DNA of 64,000 nucleotides from a virus (IMGVR_UViG_3300028393_004061:14189-78188), one strand, 5' to 3'. Positions 9,422 to 20,646 are shown, numbered from the stretch's first letter. Numbers and translations: made by a program. The notes: generated by a model from the sequence alone, not told the origin.

Positions 9422-12400
9422 TTAGATAGTACCAGATCCAATATTGCCAACTTGCTTATTGGCTCCTTGGAAGAACCCACCATAAGGCCATTTTGGATTC
9501 ATTAAAGGCTTATTTCCTACTTTTTTATTCGATGTATCTGGTTGTGGGCCTGTTCCTGTCTGAGTCACATTACTTGACTTTCCCATCGCTGCAACTAACT
9601 TAGTAAGAAGTTCTACCATTTGTTGATTTAAAACAGTTTGCTCATGACTTTCTTTTGCTATATTGGCAAGTTCTGGAGAAGATACCACAGATGAAGATGG
9701 TTCGGATGTTGTTTTATCCTTCTTTACTTTATCTTCAGTTGATCCAGCCATAGGAGGAACAACTGATACGCTTGCTGCTGGTTTGGCTTCGCTCGTAGCA
9801 AAAGAACCGCCACTGCCACTATAAGTAGTATCTTTTGCACCTACAGAATTTACATTCTTTATAAGTTCACTCATCTTGCCAAAATCAACACTCTTGAAGT
9901 CCATTGTTCCAGACAAACCAGACATTGCTTTTTGAATTGATTCCATTACTTGCGTAATCAACTGTATTCTCAACAAAGCTTCGGTCAACTCTGTTGTGTT
10001 GGGAAGATTATTCATAATTGGATTTATAATGCCATCTTTTAAAAATACAGTTATGCTATTCCACCAACCCTTAAACAATTCTGCTTGGCTATCAATTGTT
10101 TGCACTGGTGCTTTTCCAAAAGGCATCTTACTCAACAAAGGACTTATTTTTTCTGAGAAAGCTGTCAAAGTATTACCTACTTCAGAAATTATACTTGATG
10201 TAAATATTATCTTTTTATTTGTATCTTCTAAAACTGAAGTGGAAGGAAGATTATTTATAATAGGATTTATTATCCCTTCAGTTAGAAGTCCAGTTATGCT
10301 ATTCCACCAGCCTTTAAACAGTTCTGCTTGTCTATCAATTTTTTCTATTGGTGATTCTGAAACCCATCCACGACTTAATAGAGGTGTTAGATTTTGCGAA
10401 AATTTATCACAAACATTTTTTACACCAACTATTGAATCTGCAACTAATCCCAATCTTTTATTTACTTCTTCAAGCATTACAGAATCTGGCATTTCCTTAA
10501 TTGGATTTATAATGCCATCTATAATGGCATGAGCAATTCCATAAAACCATGATCCAACCGTTACTGCTGCACTTAAAAGTGAAGGATCAAAAGATGGAGA
10601 TGATATTAGTTCGTAAATTGCAACTGAGAATTTGGCAATGAATTTAGGAACTTCCTTCATTGCAATAGCTATTTGATCTATGGCCAAATATGCCATTTCA
10701 ATTTCTTCTTTTGTAATCATTCCTTCGAATATAGGATTTATAATTCCATTTCTCATGAATGTAGCAACAGTATAAAACCAAGAAGAGAACAATTCAACAT
10801 TTGAAGCTAGTACGGCTATTGGAGAATCTTTGAAACACTTGTCTGGTGTCATCAATCCAAAAGATTTAGACAAATTGTTTATGATCGTTGGTATCAAATT
10901 TATAATTGTATTCATAGCAGACAAAGTTGTAGCTGCTTGTCTAATTGTTTTAACATCAGGAAGTTCAGTTATTATTGGTTTAACTATTCCATCTCTCATA
11001 AATATTGCAACTTGAGTAAGATATTTGGTAAACTCATCTTTTGCTGCCATGATTTTAGGCAATGGAGCTAAATCTTGACTTTCAACCAATGGGATTAAAC
11101 CAGTAGCAGTTCCATTTATAACTTGTGGCAGAGTTCTTATAATGTTATTCATTGCACTTAATATCGTTGATGCATTTCTAATTGCCTTTATGTCCTGTAA
11201 TTCTGTTACTATAGGATTAACAACGCCATCTCTTAAAAATGCTGCGACTTGTCTGAAATAACTTCCAAACCTTTCTTTATTCTTCATGATTATACCGATA
11301 GAAGAATCATCGAAATCTCCTTCTTCTCCCAGTAAATCTATAGATGTAACCATTCCTTTTATTACTTTTGGTATAGAAGTCAGTATTATTTCCAAACTCC
11401 TCATAATGGTTGCAGCTTCAGTTATTTTCTTTGGAGGAGTATCTGCAAAAACTTCTCTTATTTTGTTTACTATTCCATCACGAATAAATTCAGAAATAGA
11501 TTTGAAATAACTTCCAAATACTTCTTTATTCTTATCTATTTTTGGTATCGGAGCTTCGCCAAAAAAATCAGATCCTGCGAACAACATATTTATAGCTGTT
11601 CCAAGATTTGTCAAAACAGGAGGAACAGAAGAAATTGTTTTTGCCAATGCAATCATAATTGTACTAGCTTTAACTATATCTTTTTCATTACCAAATACAT
11701 TATTTATTGGCTCTACAATGCCACTTCTTACAAATGCAGCTATAGCAGCAAAATAAGTGGCAAATAATTCTTTATTTTGATATATCTTTTTCATAGGTGA
11801 TATTTCCCAAGGAGCTTTAGTCTCCAAGAATTGCATCACAGTTCCAAGACTTGTCAATACTCCAGCAGTTCCTCTCAATGCACCAGAAATTAAGCATGCT
11901 TGTTGGGCAGCTTGTTTTAGTTCCTCTGGGTTACCTGCCTTCTTAGCACCACCAACAATTCCAACATTTATAAATTCTGCTATAGAACCAAACCATTCAG
12001 CAAATTGATCCTTATATTTTACTATTTTACCTAAATCCATTCCTTCTTTAAAGAAGCCGGGATCCATGGTCTGCATCACAACGCCTAAACTCTTTAATAC
12101 TGTTCCTGTTTGCGTAATAATGACTGCCATAGCAGCTAATTTTCTAGCAGCATCAGATAAAGACTTTGGATCTGCTATTTGTTTAGATACTGGATTTACA
12201 ATACCTTCCATGATAAACATTGCAATACTTCCAAAGAAATCCTTAAGAGTCTTCATGGAAGCTTCAATGTTTTGTGCCATAGTCTTCTGGTTGCCAACTA
12301 CATCTGCACTTGTCAAAGGAAGAATAACAGTTTTCATTTGTGTAAGAACTGGGCCGACATATTGAATGATGCTCGCCATATTTTTTAATTTATTTGACGC

Positions 12401-15400
12401 ATCTCTCAATTCACTTCCTTTCTTGAATTTTTCTCTTACCTCGTCCACAATACCAGTCTTTATAAAGTCTGCTAATTTGCCAAAGAAACCTTTGAAGCTA
12501 TTTTGCGATTCTTCAAGTCTTGAAATCATTGATGCACCACCAACTATCTTTACATCGGTAAGTGGCATAATTTGTTTTATCATTACATCAACAACTTTAA
12601 CTACTTCTTGAACCAATTTGCCAATATTTGTCATAACTGTTACAAGTTTTGCCGATTGTTTGACACTAGTTTTACCTTCTAAATCTTTAGCTATAGTTAC
12701 TAATTCATTCATAAAACCAATCAAAGGAGGTTTAAGCTTTGAAAATGAAGTTGTAGCTTGTGATATAGATTTAACTTCTTTTTCTGATGATTTTATATCG
12801 CCAAATGAAATTAATTTATCTTTAGTCTTTTTTATATCATCTGCAACTTGACCAGTAGCGGTAAATATAGAAGCTATACCTTTTCCCATACTTACAGCTT
12901 GACTTGGATTTATTATTGTTCCAATTGCTTTGGAAAATTCAACAATTACTGAAACAAATGTTTTTATTGGCTCTATTAATTTTTTAAGTGCTTCTGCTCC
13001 ACTTGTCATGTTATCGCTGACATTTTTTCCCCATCCACCCCATGTTTTATTTGTGACACCAGTAAGTCTATCTCTAGATTTTAAAATCTCATCTGTTACA
13101 GAACCACAAGCTCCAAGAATTTCAGCAGCACCTTTACCCATTTGTATGGCTTTGCTTGGTTCTACCATAGTTCCTATTTTCTTAGAAAATTCAACAACTA
13201 TTTTTATAAATCCATATACTGGTCCCATTAATTGAGACAATGCTTTTGTTCCATTTATCATCTGTTCGCTAACAGATTTTCCTAAGCCCCAATAAGACTT
13301 AGAATTATCAATATTTTTAAGCTTATCTCTAGTTTTCATTATCTCTTCAGTAACAGAACCACTAGCTCCCAAAACCGCAGCTACACCTTTACCCATTTCT
13401 GCTGCCTTTTTAGGTTCGACAATAGTTCCGATTTGTTTGGAGAATTCAACTATAAGACCAACATATTCAACTGTTGGTTCCATCATTTTTCTCAAAGCAC
13501 GATTTCCCTCTTCCATTCTCTTGCTTACTCTCGAACCAAGGAACCAATACTTTTTAGAGTCCTCAATTTTTATAAGCTTATCTTTTATTTTCATTATCTC
13601 GTCTGAAACAGATCCACAAGCAGATAAAATCTCAGCAACATCTCTTCCCATTTGAACTGCTTTTTTGGGATCTACTGTTCTTCCGATTCTTTTTGCAAAA
13701 TCAACAACTGTGTATATAAAATAAATAACTGGTTCCATCATTTTTTTCAAAGCAAATACGCCATCCCACATTGCCTCTGGAATATTATAACTCCAAACCC
13801 AGAATCCTCCATAAAGAGGTATATTTACAAGCCTATCTTTGGCTTTCATTATTTCATCTGTAACAATTCCACAACTAGCAAGAACTTCTCCAACATCTCT
13901 TCCCATTTCTGCTGCTTTTTTAGGATCTATTAAAGAACCAATTCTTTTTGCAAAATCAACAACTGTGTATATAAAATAAATAACTGGACTCATCATATCT
14001 TCCAAAGCAAATATGCCAGCCCACATTGCCTTTGGAATATTATAACTCCAACCCCAAAATCCACCATAAAGAGGTATATTTAAAAGCTTATCTTTTGCTT
14101 TCATTATTTCATCTGTAACAATTCCACAAGCCCCAAGTATATCTGCAATTCCTTGACCCATTTCCTTTGCCGAAGATGGATCTATTACTGAAGAAAGAAC
14201 TTTGTGAAAAGTAGCTATTGCTTCTGCATATAAATAAATAGGTGTCATTAAAAACTTTAATGCCCAATATCCCAATAATAAAAGAGGAGAAAGAAGAACG
14301 GCAGCAATAGCCATAAAACCTAAAACTGAAAGTGCTGCTGCTGCCGAAATAATACTAAGTGATATTCTTGCTGTTGCAAATAATATTCCATCAACTGCTT
14401 CGACAATTTTATCTGCTTCTGATTTATCAAATCCATCTGTTAATTCTGCTGACATTGCTAAAATTGCATTTCCAAGTGTTAGAATTGCTGGAGTTAAGGC
14501 CAATAATGCCACACCGCCCAATATCATAAGGCCTATCAATACTGGCAAGCCCCACCCAAAACCAGCGATTAATGTTCCTAATGATGTTAAGCCCCATGCA
14601 GCAGCTAATACACCAGCAGATATTGCTGCTGCACTAAGCAACACAGCACCTACTGTTTCTCCAATTTCTATAGCTTTATCATAAGACAAACCAAATCCAC
14701 CTATGATTCCATCTGATACAAATAAAATTGCTGAGGCCAATAAAAGAACTGCTGGAGTAAGACCTATCAAAGCTGCTGCCCCACCTAATATTAGCCATAG
14801 GTTTGCCCATATCATTGGAGCCATCAGACCTAAGCCAGCAAGACCATACATTGCACCTATAATTGCACCTGCTATAAATGCGGCACTAATTAACACAGCA
14901 GCAACAGTAAGTCCTACATCCATGGCTTTTTTAGCATCTAAATCAAATGATCCAAGTATCATCTGACTCATTTCTAATATTGTTGCACCTAATAATAAAA
15001 TAATAGGAGTAAGAAATGCCAAAGCTGCTGCTCCAACAAGCATGGTCAATCCGCCATCAGCAAATGCTCCATAAGCTAATAATCCAAGACCCCATAAACC
15101 AGCCATTGCACCTATACAAGCAACAGCTATCATGGCGGCACTTAACAATATTGCAGTAACAGTAAGTCCTACTTCCATAGCTGTTTTAGAATCCAGATTA
15201 AATGCACCAAGTATTGCTTGACTCATTTGTAATACTACTGAACCTAATAATAAAATTACAGGAGTGACAAATAGTAGTGCTGCTGCTCCTAGCAACATAT
15301 TAGGAATAAATTTAGCGGATTCTTTTACAAAATCGCCTAAAACTTTCAATCCTTTCATGGCTCCATATATGCCAAAAGCAATAGCGGTAACAGCAGCAGC

Positions 15401-18400
15401 TATGGCAGCAATTGTTGCAGCGGTTTCACCAATAGTTGATGGATCTAAATTAAAAGCAGATAATATAAGTTGCGACAATTTGATAATAGTGGCACCAAGT
15501 AATACCATAGCTGGGCCAACTACCATCAAAACAGCAATTGGTGTTATAATGTCTTGATAATTAAAGTTCTCAATAAAATCTTTTACTTCTGGTCCTTGTA
15601 TTTGTTTTACAAACTCCATTCCAGCAATAGTAATTGCAGTTGCTGCTGCACCTAATGCTGCTACTATTGCTGCTGTTTCAGTAATTGTTGCAAGATTTAA
15701 ATTTAATTTAGATGTAATTAGTTGTGCCAATGCAATAATTACAGCACCAAATAAAACCATTGCTGGGCCAAGAAGTGCAATTACTTTTGCAGCCTTAAAT
15801 AATTTTTTCCAACTAAATTCATCTACAAATTTTTGAGTATCATCACTTTGAAGTTGTTCTGCTAATTCCATTGCTCCTATAGAAATAGCTGCTGCTGCTG
15901 CTCCTACGGCAGCTATTATTGCAGCAGTTTCTGTCACCTTACCCAAATCAAGATTTAATTTAGATACTAGCTTACTTCCTATGAACATAATTCCGAATCC
16001 CAATATCAATAGACCACCTGCTAGTGCTGCTATAATTCCACCTAATTTTGCTAATTCTTTGGGATTTATTCCTTCTACTTGTTTCAATAATTTTTGAATT
16101 ATATTGTCTTCTGTTTCTGGAGTTTCTACCTTGATTGTCTTTTTTTCTTCTTTAACTATTTGCTTTTCTTGTTTTTGTAACCATTTCTCATGTTTTATTT
16201 CTGATTTTATTTTTTTGTCATATCCTTTTTTCAATTTTGGATCAATGCCTAAATCCATGGTTTGTTTTTTTACCATTAGGCCTTTACCAACTTCTTCCAT
16301 TTTATTTTCTGGTATCGCCTTTCCACCTTTTGCAACTCTATCATCAGACATTTTTCTAGCTTCGATCATGGCCTCTTTTAATTTATCACCATCTGAGCTT
16401 GGCTGTATTCCACTTTTAATTGCCTTCATCTGATCTTCTGTCATTCCACCACGAAGTGCTTCTGTTGGAGCTTTAACTACTGCCCCTTCTCTTTCTGCTC
16501 TTTTTGCCAGTAACTTTTCTTTTAATGCTTGGTTTTTCAACATCTGATCAGCCTTATCGGTTGTCGCTTCAGATGTACTTCCTGATATTACTGGTTTTAA
16601 ATTAGTTGGATCAACTGCTGGTTTGGTTGCAAATTGTTTCAACATCTGATCGGCTTGAGAAGTTTGTACCTCAGATGTTTTTGCAAGTAATGCTTCTGTA
16701 CTAGATGCAGTTTGACTTAACTTTGCTATGATTGGATCAACTGTTGGTTTAGCTTGTGTCAATGAAGCCATTGCATCTGGCTTCTCTGTTGCCATCACAG
16801 GTTTAAGATTCATTGGATCAACTGCTGGTTTGGCTTGTGTCAATGAAGCCATTGCGTCTGGCTTCTCTGTTGCTATCACTGGCTTAAGATTCATTGGATC
16901 AACTGTTGATTTAGCTCCAATTTGTTTCAGCATTGCATCAGTTTTAGAAGTTTGTATCTCAGATGATTTTCCAATTATTGCTTCTGTGCTAGATGCAGTT
17001 TTCTCAAATTTATCTTCCATAACATCAAAAGCTTTGGATGAAGCTCCAGTAACCTTTGACATAAATGATCCAATTATATTTGTGGAAGATGCTCCAATCG
17101 TTGCAAGAAAAGCTTTAATTGGTGCTGCGAAGCCGCCAGCGAATTTGTCTAAAAATGAATTAATCATGTCTGAGATCATATTTGAATTGTCAGCAATCGG
17201 TTCTGCTGGAGGAGCAATATTAGATGCACTTAATTTTGTCGTGTCCATTGCACTAGCTTTTGGAGGAACAATGCTAGATGCACTTAATGCTTTCATGTCC
17301 ATCGCACTAGTTTTTGGAGGAGGAACAATACTAGATGCACTTAATGCTTTCATGTCCATCGCACTAGATTCTACTGGTTTGACTTGCTTCAATGCAGCCG
17401 TTGCATCTGTTTTTACTGCTTCTGGTTTGGCTCCAAGTTTCTTCAACATTTCATTGGCTTGAGAAGTTTGTATCTCAGATGTTTTTGCAATTACCTTTTC
17501 AGTATTGGATGAACTTTGGCTTAATTTTGCCATCATTGGATCGACTGTTGGTTTGGCTGCAAAATGTTTCAACATTTCATTGGCTATTTTTTCCATATGA
17601 ATGTCATGAGTATAGATCGAACCAGGTTCGGTGGCTTCGTCTGTAAGTTTTCCTGATGATTTGCCAACCAATTCAACCCCCATCTGCGTAGCTTCGTTGG
17701 CTTTTACTTGTGATCGCATCATGGCATCTCTACCAACATTGCCTTTCTCGACTTCATCCATATAGGCTGTATATTGATTTTTCCATTTCAATGCCTCTTT
17801 TCTGTCTTCGTTGATCCCAGTATTCCAATCTTCCCATTTAATGCTCCAATATTTCCAAGTTTGGTATGCACTTGAAAACATAGTTCCAAGAACAATAAGT
17901 GGAACTAAAATTGAACCAAGAGCAGAATTGAATATGGAACTTAAACCAGAATTAGATAAATTTCTAAGTGTATCATTAATTTCTTTTAATGATTGTGCAG
18001 CAGCAGTTGCTGGATCTAATTGTGATTTCGCAGCAGTTGAAGCCTCTTGTTCTGCTTTATTTATTTGTGCCGTTAATTCTCTGAAAGCAACTGGATCTTT
18101 TAATGCCTTTTCAATTGAAGATGCATCTATTTTTAATTCTTTTTTACCAGTATCTTTAAGTTGTTTGTTTACACTCGACAATGCATTTGTTATTGCTCCT
18201 CTAGCCACATCCGTTTCATTTGTCCAAGCTATTCCCAAGGCATTTAGATCTTCTTCAAATTCTCCTCTTTTTTTACTAAACTTACCAAGGGCTTCTCCCA
18301 TGTTCTTGGCGGATGAAGCGGCTTTGTCTATAGATGTTAAAACTTCCATGGATTTAGAAAGTTTTAATTTTCTTTCTTCTTCTGCAATACCTGCTTTTTC

Positions 18401-20035
18401 TTCTAAAGTTATATTTGTTTTTTTCTTTGAGTTTAAATCTCTAAGCCTATCTGAAAGAGTTTTACTTGATGCATCTATTGCTTCGAATTGACTAATCAAT
18501 TGGCCAGACTCAATTCCCATTGATGATTCCAAAGCAAGATTTATTTGCATTTTTCTTTCATCACTCAATCCTTCTAAGCTTGCTCGCATTTCTTCTGCAC
18601 TATCACCAGCAATTCCAAATTGATTTGCAATACTCTTAATACCATCCGACATTCCTTTTATACTTTTCTTATTTTTTAAAATACTTCCTCTCAACAATTC
18701 AGATTGCAGACCTGCTCTTCCAGCAGCAATTGCAAGTAAGCTGAACATTTTGCTATCTGCTGCAAGAAGTTTATTTGTGCTTGAAAGAGCTTCAATTATG
18801 CCATCGCCTTCAACCCCTACCTTTTTGAAGTTGGCTTGTAATTCTATGATATTTTTATAAGCACCTGTTGTAAGAGTTCCAGCATTACGCATGATATTTG
18901 CAAATTTTGCACTTGATTTTACAACATCGGTTAATGATGATCCAGTTAATCCTGTATATCTGGCTACATCTCGCATTCCTCTTCCCATATCACTAATTTG
19001 ATTGTTATTCATTTTCATATGCATAAACATATTTTGAAAATCATCACTTAATGCTCCAGCTTCCATGCCTAATTGTTTTTCTGTGTTTAATTGACTTACA
19101 GTTAATTTGTTCGCAGCTTTAGCATCTTTTATTCCAATTTTAAGAGTTTTTAAATATTCTTTAGAAAACTCATCTCGATCAGCACCTGTTAATTGAACTG
19201 TTTTTCCCAAATTTTCAAAAGATCGATTTAATCCATAGCTATTTTTAGTCGCACCTTCAATTTCATAAGATATGGCTCTTGTGTCTTGAATTACTTGTCT
19301 TTCTTTTTTTATAACTCCGTCAAACATTACCTTCAAAGGTTCTTCTATTCCTATAAGACTACTGCTAAACTCTTGCATAGAATCACTTACTAGCTTTGCC
19401 CTCAGTACTAAAAATTTTCTATTTGCTTTTCGAAGTTCTTCATCAGCCTTTTCTTTTCTAGCTTGAACTTGTGCTTCTATTTTTCCAGCTTCAAAGGCAT
19501 CTTTAGCTTTTGTTGGGCAATCACCTCCTGTGTCTGCTGGTGCTGCTGGCGGTGCTGGCGGTGTGATAGTTTCGTGTTTTACAACTACACTAAAATGTTT
19601 TGCGATAGCATCTAAAGTATTTGCTATAGCGGCTAACAGAATTCCCGCTTTCGTATCATGAGTGTAAATCGAACCTTTTTTCAAACCAGCTTGCGTAAAC
19701 TTTTCCATCAAAGATGTAACTTTTTCTTCTTTAGGAGATTTCTTTTCTTCTTTATCTGATTTTTTTTCTTTTTTATCATTTAGAACCTTAATCATTTCAT
19801 TAAGGTATTTTTTTTGTTCATCAACATCTTTTCCAAAACTGTTTGAAAACTTTTGGAATAATTCAGTTATTTTATTTATTGCTGGGTCTTGTGAAGCAGA
19901 CTTTCCAACTGGTTTTGCTGCTCCGACAGGTTTATTTAAGCCTTCTGACAATAGGCCTTTGATTTCGCTTAATGTTAAATTAGCAATGTTTTGCCCTTGT
20001 ATAAACCGACCTAAACTATCAGATACATCAGCCAT
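9422..20035 (-). CDS. Tail tape measure protein (~3,537 aa)
   Basis: Very long Ala/Ile/Lys-rich helical-repeat protein with a central hydrophobic region, directly upstream of the baseplate genes. ATG 20035 has AAGGT upstream (the ORF track starts at TTG 20038). Confidence 0.88.
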   Translation of the reverse strand: MADVSDSLGRFIQGQNIANLTLSEIKGLLSEGLNKPVGAAKPVGKSASQDPAINKITELFQKFSNSFGKDVDEQKKYLNEMIKVLNDKKEKKSDKEEKKSPKEEKVTSLMEKFTQAGLKKGSIYTHDTKAGILLAAIANTLDAIAKHFSVVVKHETITPPAPPAAPADTGGDCPTKAKDAFEAGKIEAQVQARKEKADEELRKANRKFLVLRAKLVSDSMQEFSSSLIGIEEPLKVMFDGVIKKERQVIQDTRAISYEIEGATKNSYGLNRSFENLGKTVQLTGADRDEFSKEYLKTLKIGIKDAKAANKLTVSQLNTEKQLGMEAGALSDDFQNMFMHMKMNNNQISDMGRGMRDVARYTGLTGSSLTDVVKSSAKFANIMRNAGTLTTGAYKNIIELQANFKKVGVEGDGIIEALSSTNKLLAADSKMFSLLAIAAGRAGLQSELLRGSILKNKKSIKGMSDGIKSIANQFGIAGDSAEEMRASLEGLSDERKMQINLALESSMGIESGQLISQFEAIDASSKTLSDRLRDLNSKKKTNITLEEKAGIAEEERKLKLSKSMEVLTSIDKAASSAKNMGEALGKFSKKRGEFEEDLNALGIAWTNETDVARGAITNALSSVNKQLKDTGKKELKIDASSIEKALKDPVAFRELTAQINKAEQEASTAAKSQLDPATAAAQSLKEINDTLRNLSNSGLSSIFNSALGSILVPLIVLGTMFSSAYQTWKYWSIKWEDWNTGINEDRKEALKWKNQYTAYMDEVEKGNVGRDAMMRSQVKANEATQMGVELVGKSSGKLTDEATEPGSIYTHDIHMEKIANEMLKHFAAKPTVDPMMAKLSQSSSNTEKVIAKTSEIQTSQANEMLKKLGAKPEAVKTDATAALKQVKPVESSAMDMKALSASSIVPPPKTSAMDMKALSASSIVPPKASAMDTTKLSASNIAPPAEPIADNSNMISDMINSFLDKFAGGFAAPIKAFLATIGASSTNIIGSFMSKVTGASSKAFDVMEDKFEKTASSTEAIIGKSSEIQTSKTDAMLKQIGAKSTVDPMNLKPVIATEKPDAMASLTQAKPAVDPMNLKPVMATEKPDAMASLTQAKPTVDPIIAKLSQTASSTEALLAKTSEVQTSQADQMLKQFATKPAVDPTNLKPVISGSTSEATTDKADQMLKNQALKEKLLAKRAEREGAVVKAPTEALRGGMTEDQMKAIKSGIQPSSDGDKLKEAMIEARKMSDDRVAKGGKAIPENKMEEVGKGLMVKKQTMDLGIDPKLKKGYDKKIKSEIKHEKWLQKQEKQIVKEEKKTIKVETPETEDNIIQKLLKQVEGINPKELAKLGGIIAALAGGLLILGFGIMFIGSKLVSKLNLDLGKVTETAAIIAAVGAAAAAISIGAMELAEQLQSDDTQKFVDEFSWKKLFKAAKVIALLGPAMVLFGAVIIALAQLITSKLNLNLATITETAAIVAALGAAATAITIAGMEFVKQIQGPEVKDFIENFNYQDIITPIAVLMVVGPAMVLLGATIIKLSQLILSAFNLDPSTIGETAATIAAIAAAVTAIAFGIYGAMKGLKVLGDFVKESAKFIPNMLLGAAALLFVTPVILLLGSVVLQMSQAILGAFNLDSKTAMEVGLTVTAILLSAAMIAVACIGAMAGLWGLGLLAYGAFADGGLTMLVGAAALAFLTPIILLLGATILEMSQMILGSFDLDAKKAMDVGLTVAAVLISAAFIAGAIIGAMYGLAGLGLMAPMIWANLWLILGGAAALIGLTPAVLLLASAILFVSDGIIGGFGLSYDKAIEIGETVGAVLLSAAAISAGVLAAAWGLTSLGTLIAGFGWGLPVLIGLMILGGVALLALTPAILTLGNAILAMSAELTDGFDKSEADKIVEAVDGILFATARISLSIISAAAALSVLGFMAIAAVLLSPLLLLGYWALKFLMTPIYLYAEAIATFHKVLSSVIDPSSAKEMGQGIADILGACGIVTDEIMKAKDKLLNIPLYGGFWGWSYNIPKAMWAGIFALEDMMSPVIYFIYTVVDFAKRIGSLIDPKKAAEMGRDVGEVLASCGIVTDEIMKAKDRLVNIPLYGGFWVWSYNIPEAMWDGVFALKKMMEPVIYFIYTVVDFAKRIGRTVDPKKAVQMGRDVAEILSACGSVSDEIMKIKDKLIKIEDSKKYWFLGSRVSKRMEEGNRALRKMMEPTVEYVGLIVEFSKQIGTIVEPKKAAEMGKGVAAVLGASGSVTEEIMKTRDKLKNIDNSKSYWGLGKSVSEQMINGTKALSQLMGPVYGFIKIVVEFSKKIGTMVEPSKAIQMGKGAAEILGACGSVTDEILKSRDRLTGVTNKTWGGWGKNVSDNMTSGAEALKKLIEPIKTFVSVIVEFSKAIGTIINPSQAVSMGKGIASIFTATGQVADDIKKTKDKLISFGDIKSSEKEVKSISQATTSFSKLKPPLIGFMNELVTIAKDLEGKTSVKQSAKLVTVMTNIGKLVQEVVKVVDVMIKQIMPLTDVKIVGGASMISRLEESQNSFKGFFGKLADFIKTGIVDEVREKFKKGSELRDASNKLKNMASIIQYVGPVLTQMKTVILPLTSADVVGNQKTMAQNIEASMKTLKDFFGSIAMFIMEGIVNPVSKQIADPKSLSDAARKLAAMAVIITQTGTVLKSLGVVMQTMDPGFFKEGMDLGKIVKYKDQFAEWFGSIAEFINVGIVGGAKKAGNPEELKQAAQQACLISGALRGTAGVLTSLGTVMQFLETKAPWEISPMKKIYQNKELFATYFAAIAAFVRSGIVEPINNVFGNEKDIVKASTIMIALAKTISSVPPVLTNLGTAINMLFAGSDFFGEAPIPKIDKNKEVFGSYFKSISEFIRDGIVNKIREVFADTPPKKITEAATIMRSLEIILTSIPKVIKGMVTSIDLLGEEGDFDDSSIGIIMKNKERFGSYFRQVAAFLRDGVVNPIVTELQDIKAIRNASTILSAMNNIIRTLPQVINGTATGLIPLVESQDLAPLPKIMAAKDEFTKYLTQVAIFMRDGIVKPIITELPDVKTIRQAATTLSAMNTIINLIPTIINNLSKSFGLMTPDKCFKDSPIAVLASNVELFSSWFYTVATFMRNGIINPIFEGMITKEEIEMAYLAIDQIAIAMKEVPKFIAKFSVAIYELISSPSFDPSLLSAAVTVGSWFYGIAHAIIDGIINPIKEMPDSVMLEEVNKRLGLVADSIVGVKNVCDKFSQNLTPLLSRGWVSESPIEKIDRQAELFKGWWNSITGLLTEGIINPIINNLPSTSVLEDTNKKIIFTSSIISEVGNTLTAFSEKISPLLSKMPFGKAPVQTIDSQAELFKGWWNSITVFLKDGIINPIMNNLPNTTELTEALLRIQLITQVMESIQKAMSGLSGTMDFKSVDFGKMSELIKNVNSVGAKDTTYSGSGGSFATSEAKPAASVSVVPPMAGSTEDKVKKDKTTSEPSSSVVSSPELANIAKESHEQTVLNQQMVELLTKLVAAMGKSSNVTQTGTGPQPDTSNKKVGNKPLMNPKWPYGGFFQGANKQVGNIGSGTI
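16731..16915. repeat. 81-bp tandem repeat inside the tape measure gene (KPAVDPMNLKPVMATEKPDAMASLTQA)
   Basis: attggatcaactg recurs at 16731, 16812 and 16893, with near-identical units. Confidence 0.9.
17205..17368. repeat. 54/57-bp tandem repeat inside the tape measure gene (SAMDMKALSASSIVPP)
   Basis: tagatgcact recurs at 17221, 17275 and 17332. Confidence 0.9.
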
Positions 20036-20082
20036 CAATTACCTTATTTTAAAAATATATTTTAATAGACTGTTATTTACTT

Positions 20083-20090
20083 TATTTATG
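20083..20090 (-). promoter_or_regulatory. Putative T4-type late promoter (CATAAATA) for the tail operon
   Basis: One mismatch to T4 TATAAATA, ~45 nt upstream of the tape measure start. The same octamer precedes other genes. Confidence 0.5.
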
Positions 20091-20104
20091 TCAGTATCTA
20101 CAAA

Positions 20105-20641
20105 TTATGTTGCAGATGCAGCAGGATTTGTCATCCTTGATATTTGCTCTCGCACAGATTGTCTTATAGCTTCAACTTCTGATGGGCTAATCGCCCTTAC
20201 TGATGCAAGAACATTTAAAAGAAATGCACAATCTAAAACTTTTATTTGTCTTATACCATTACGCTTATATTGCCTAAAAGCCTTAATCAATCCTATATAT
20301 TCTCCCTGCTTTAAAGTATTGTAAGAAAAACCAGTATTATTACAGTTTGGTTGTAAAAGCTTTTTAATGTCATTGAAAGTAAGATAGTGTAGATTTACTC
20401 CACGAATATCCATTCTTCCTTTTGTTGGAAAACCAATATCTGTAATTAAAACTAATGGGTAAGGATCATGATTTGGCTTGTGAAATGTATAATTAAATGT
20501 AACAAGACTGCCTTTTTGGACAATCTGATTCATTTTAACTACGGATGGGCCATACTGATTTGCAGTTATAGCTTTTCCATAAATACCTTTTCCATAAGCA
20601 CTTGCGTCTAATTGTGCTGGTTTAAATAAATTTGCAACCAT
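20105..20641 (-). CDS. DNA end protector protein, T4 gp2-like
   Basis: FNYTF...HDPYPLVL...GVNLHYL...FRQYKRNGIR resembles the gp2 family pattern (FxY...DxxPL...GxNLHYL). Confidence 0.62.
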   Translation of the reverse strand: MVANLFKPAQLDASAYGKGIYGKAITANQYGPSVVKMNQIVQKGSLVTFNYTFHKPNHDPYPLVLITDIGFPTKGRMDIRGVNLHYLTFNDIKKLLQPNCNNTGFSYNTLKQGEYIGLIKAFRQYKRNGIRQIKVLDCAFLLNVLASVRAISPSEVEAIRQSVREQISRMTNPAASAT

Positions 20642-20646
20642 TTTAT

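Noticed and set aside
1-20035. Extracellular contractile injection system (eCIS/tailocin) interpretation of the baseplate operon
   Set aside because: The gene order is similar, but the gp2-like end protector, T4-type late boxes, HNH endonucleases, orphan MTases and early cassettes indicate a real phage genome.
9996-20324. Many plus-strand ORFs of 60-244 aa opposite the tape-measure gene
   Set aside because: Antisense shadows of a long, codon-biased and repetitive gene; no SDs or recognisable motifs.
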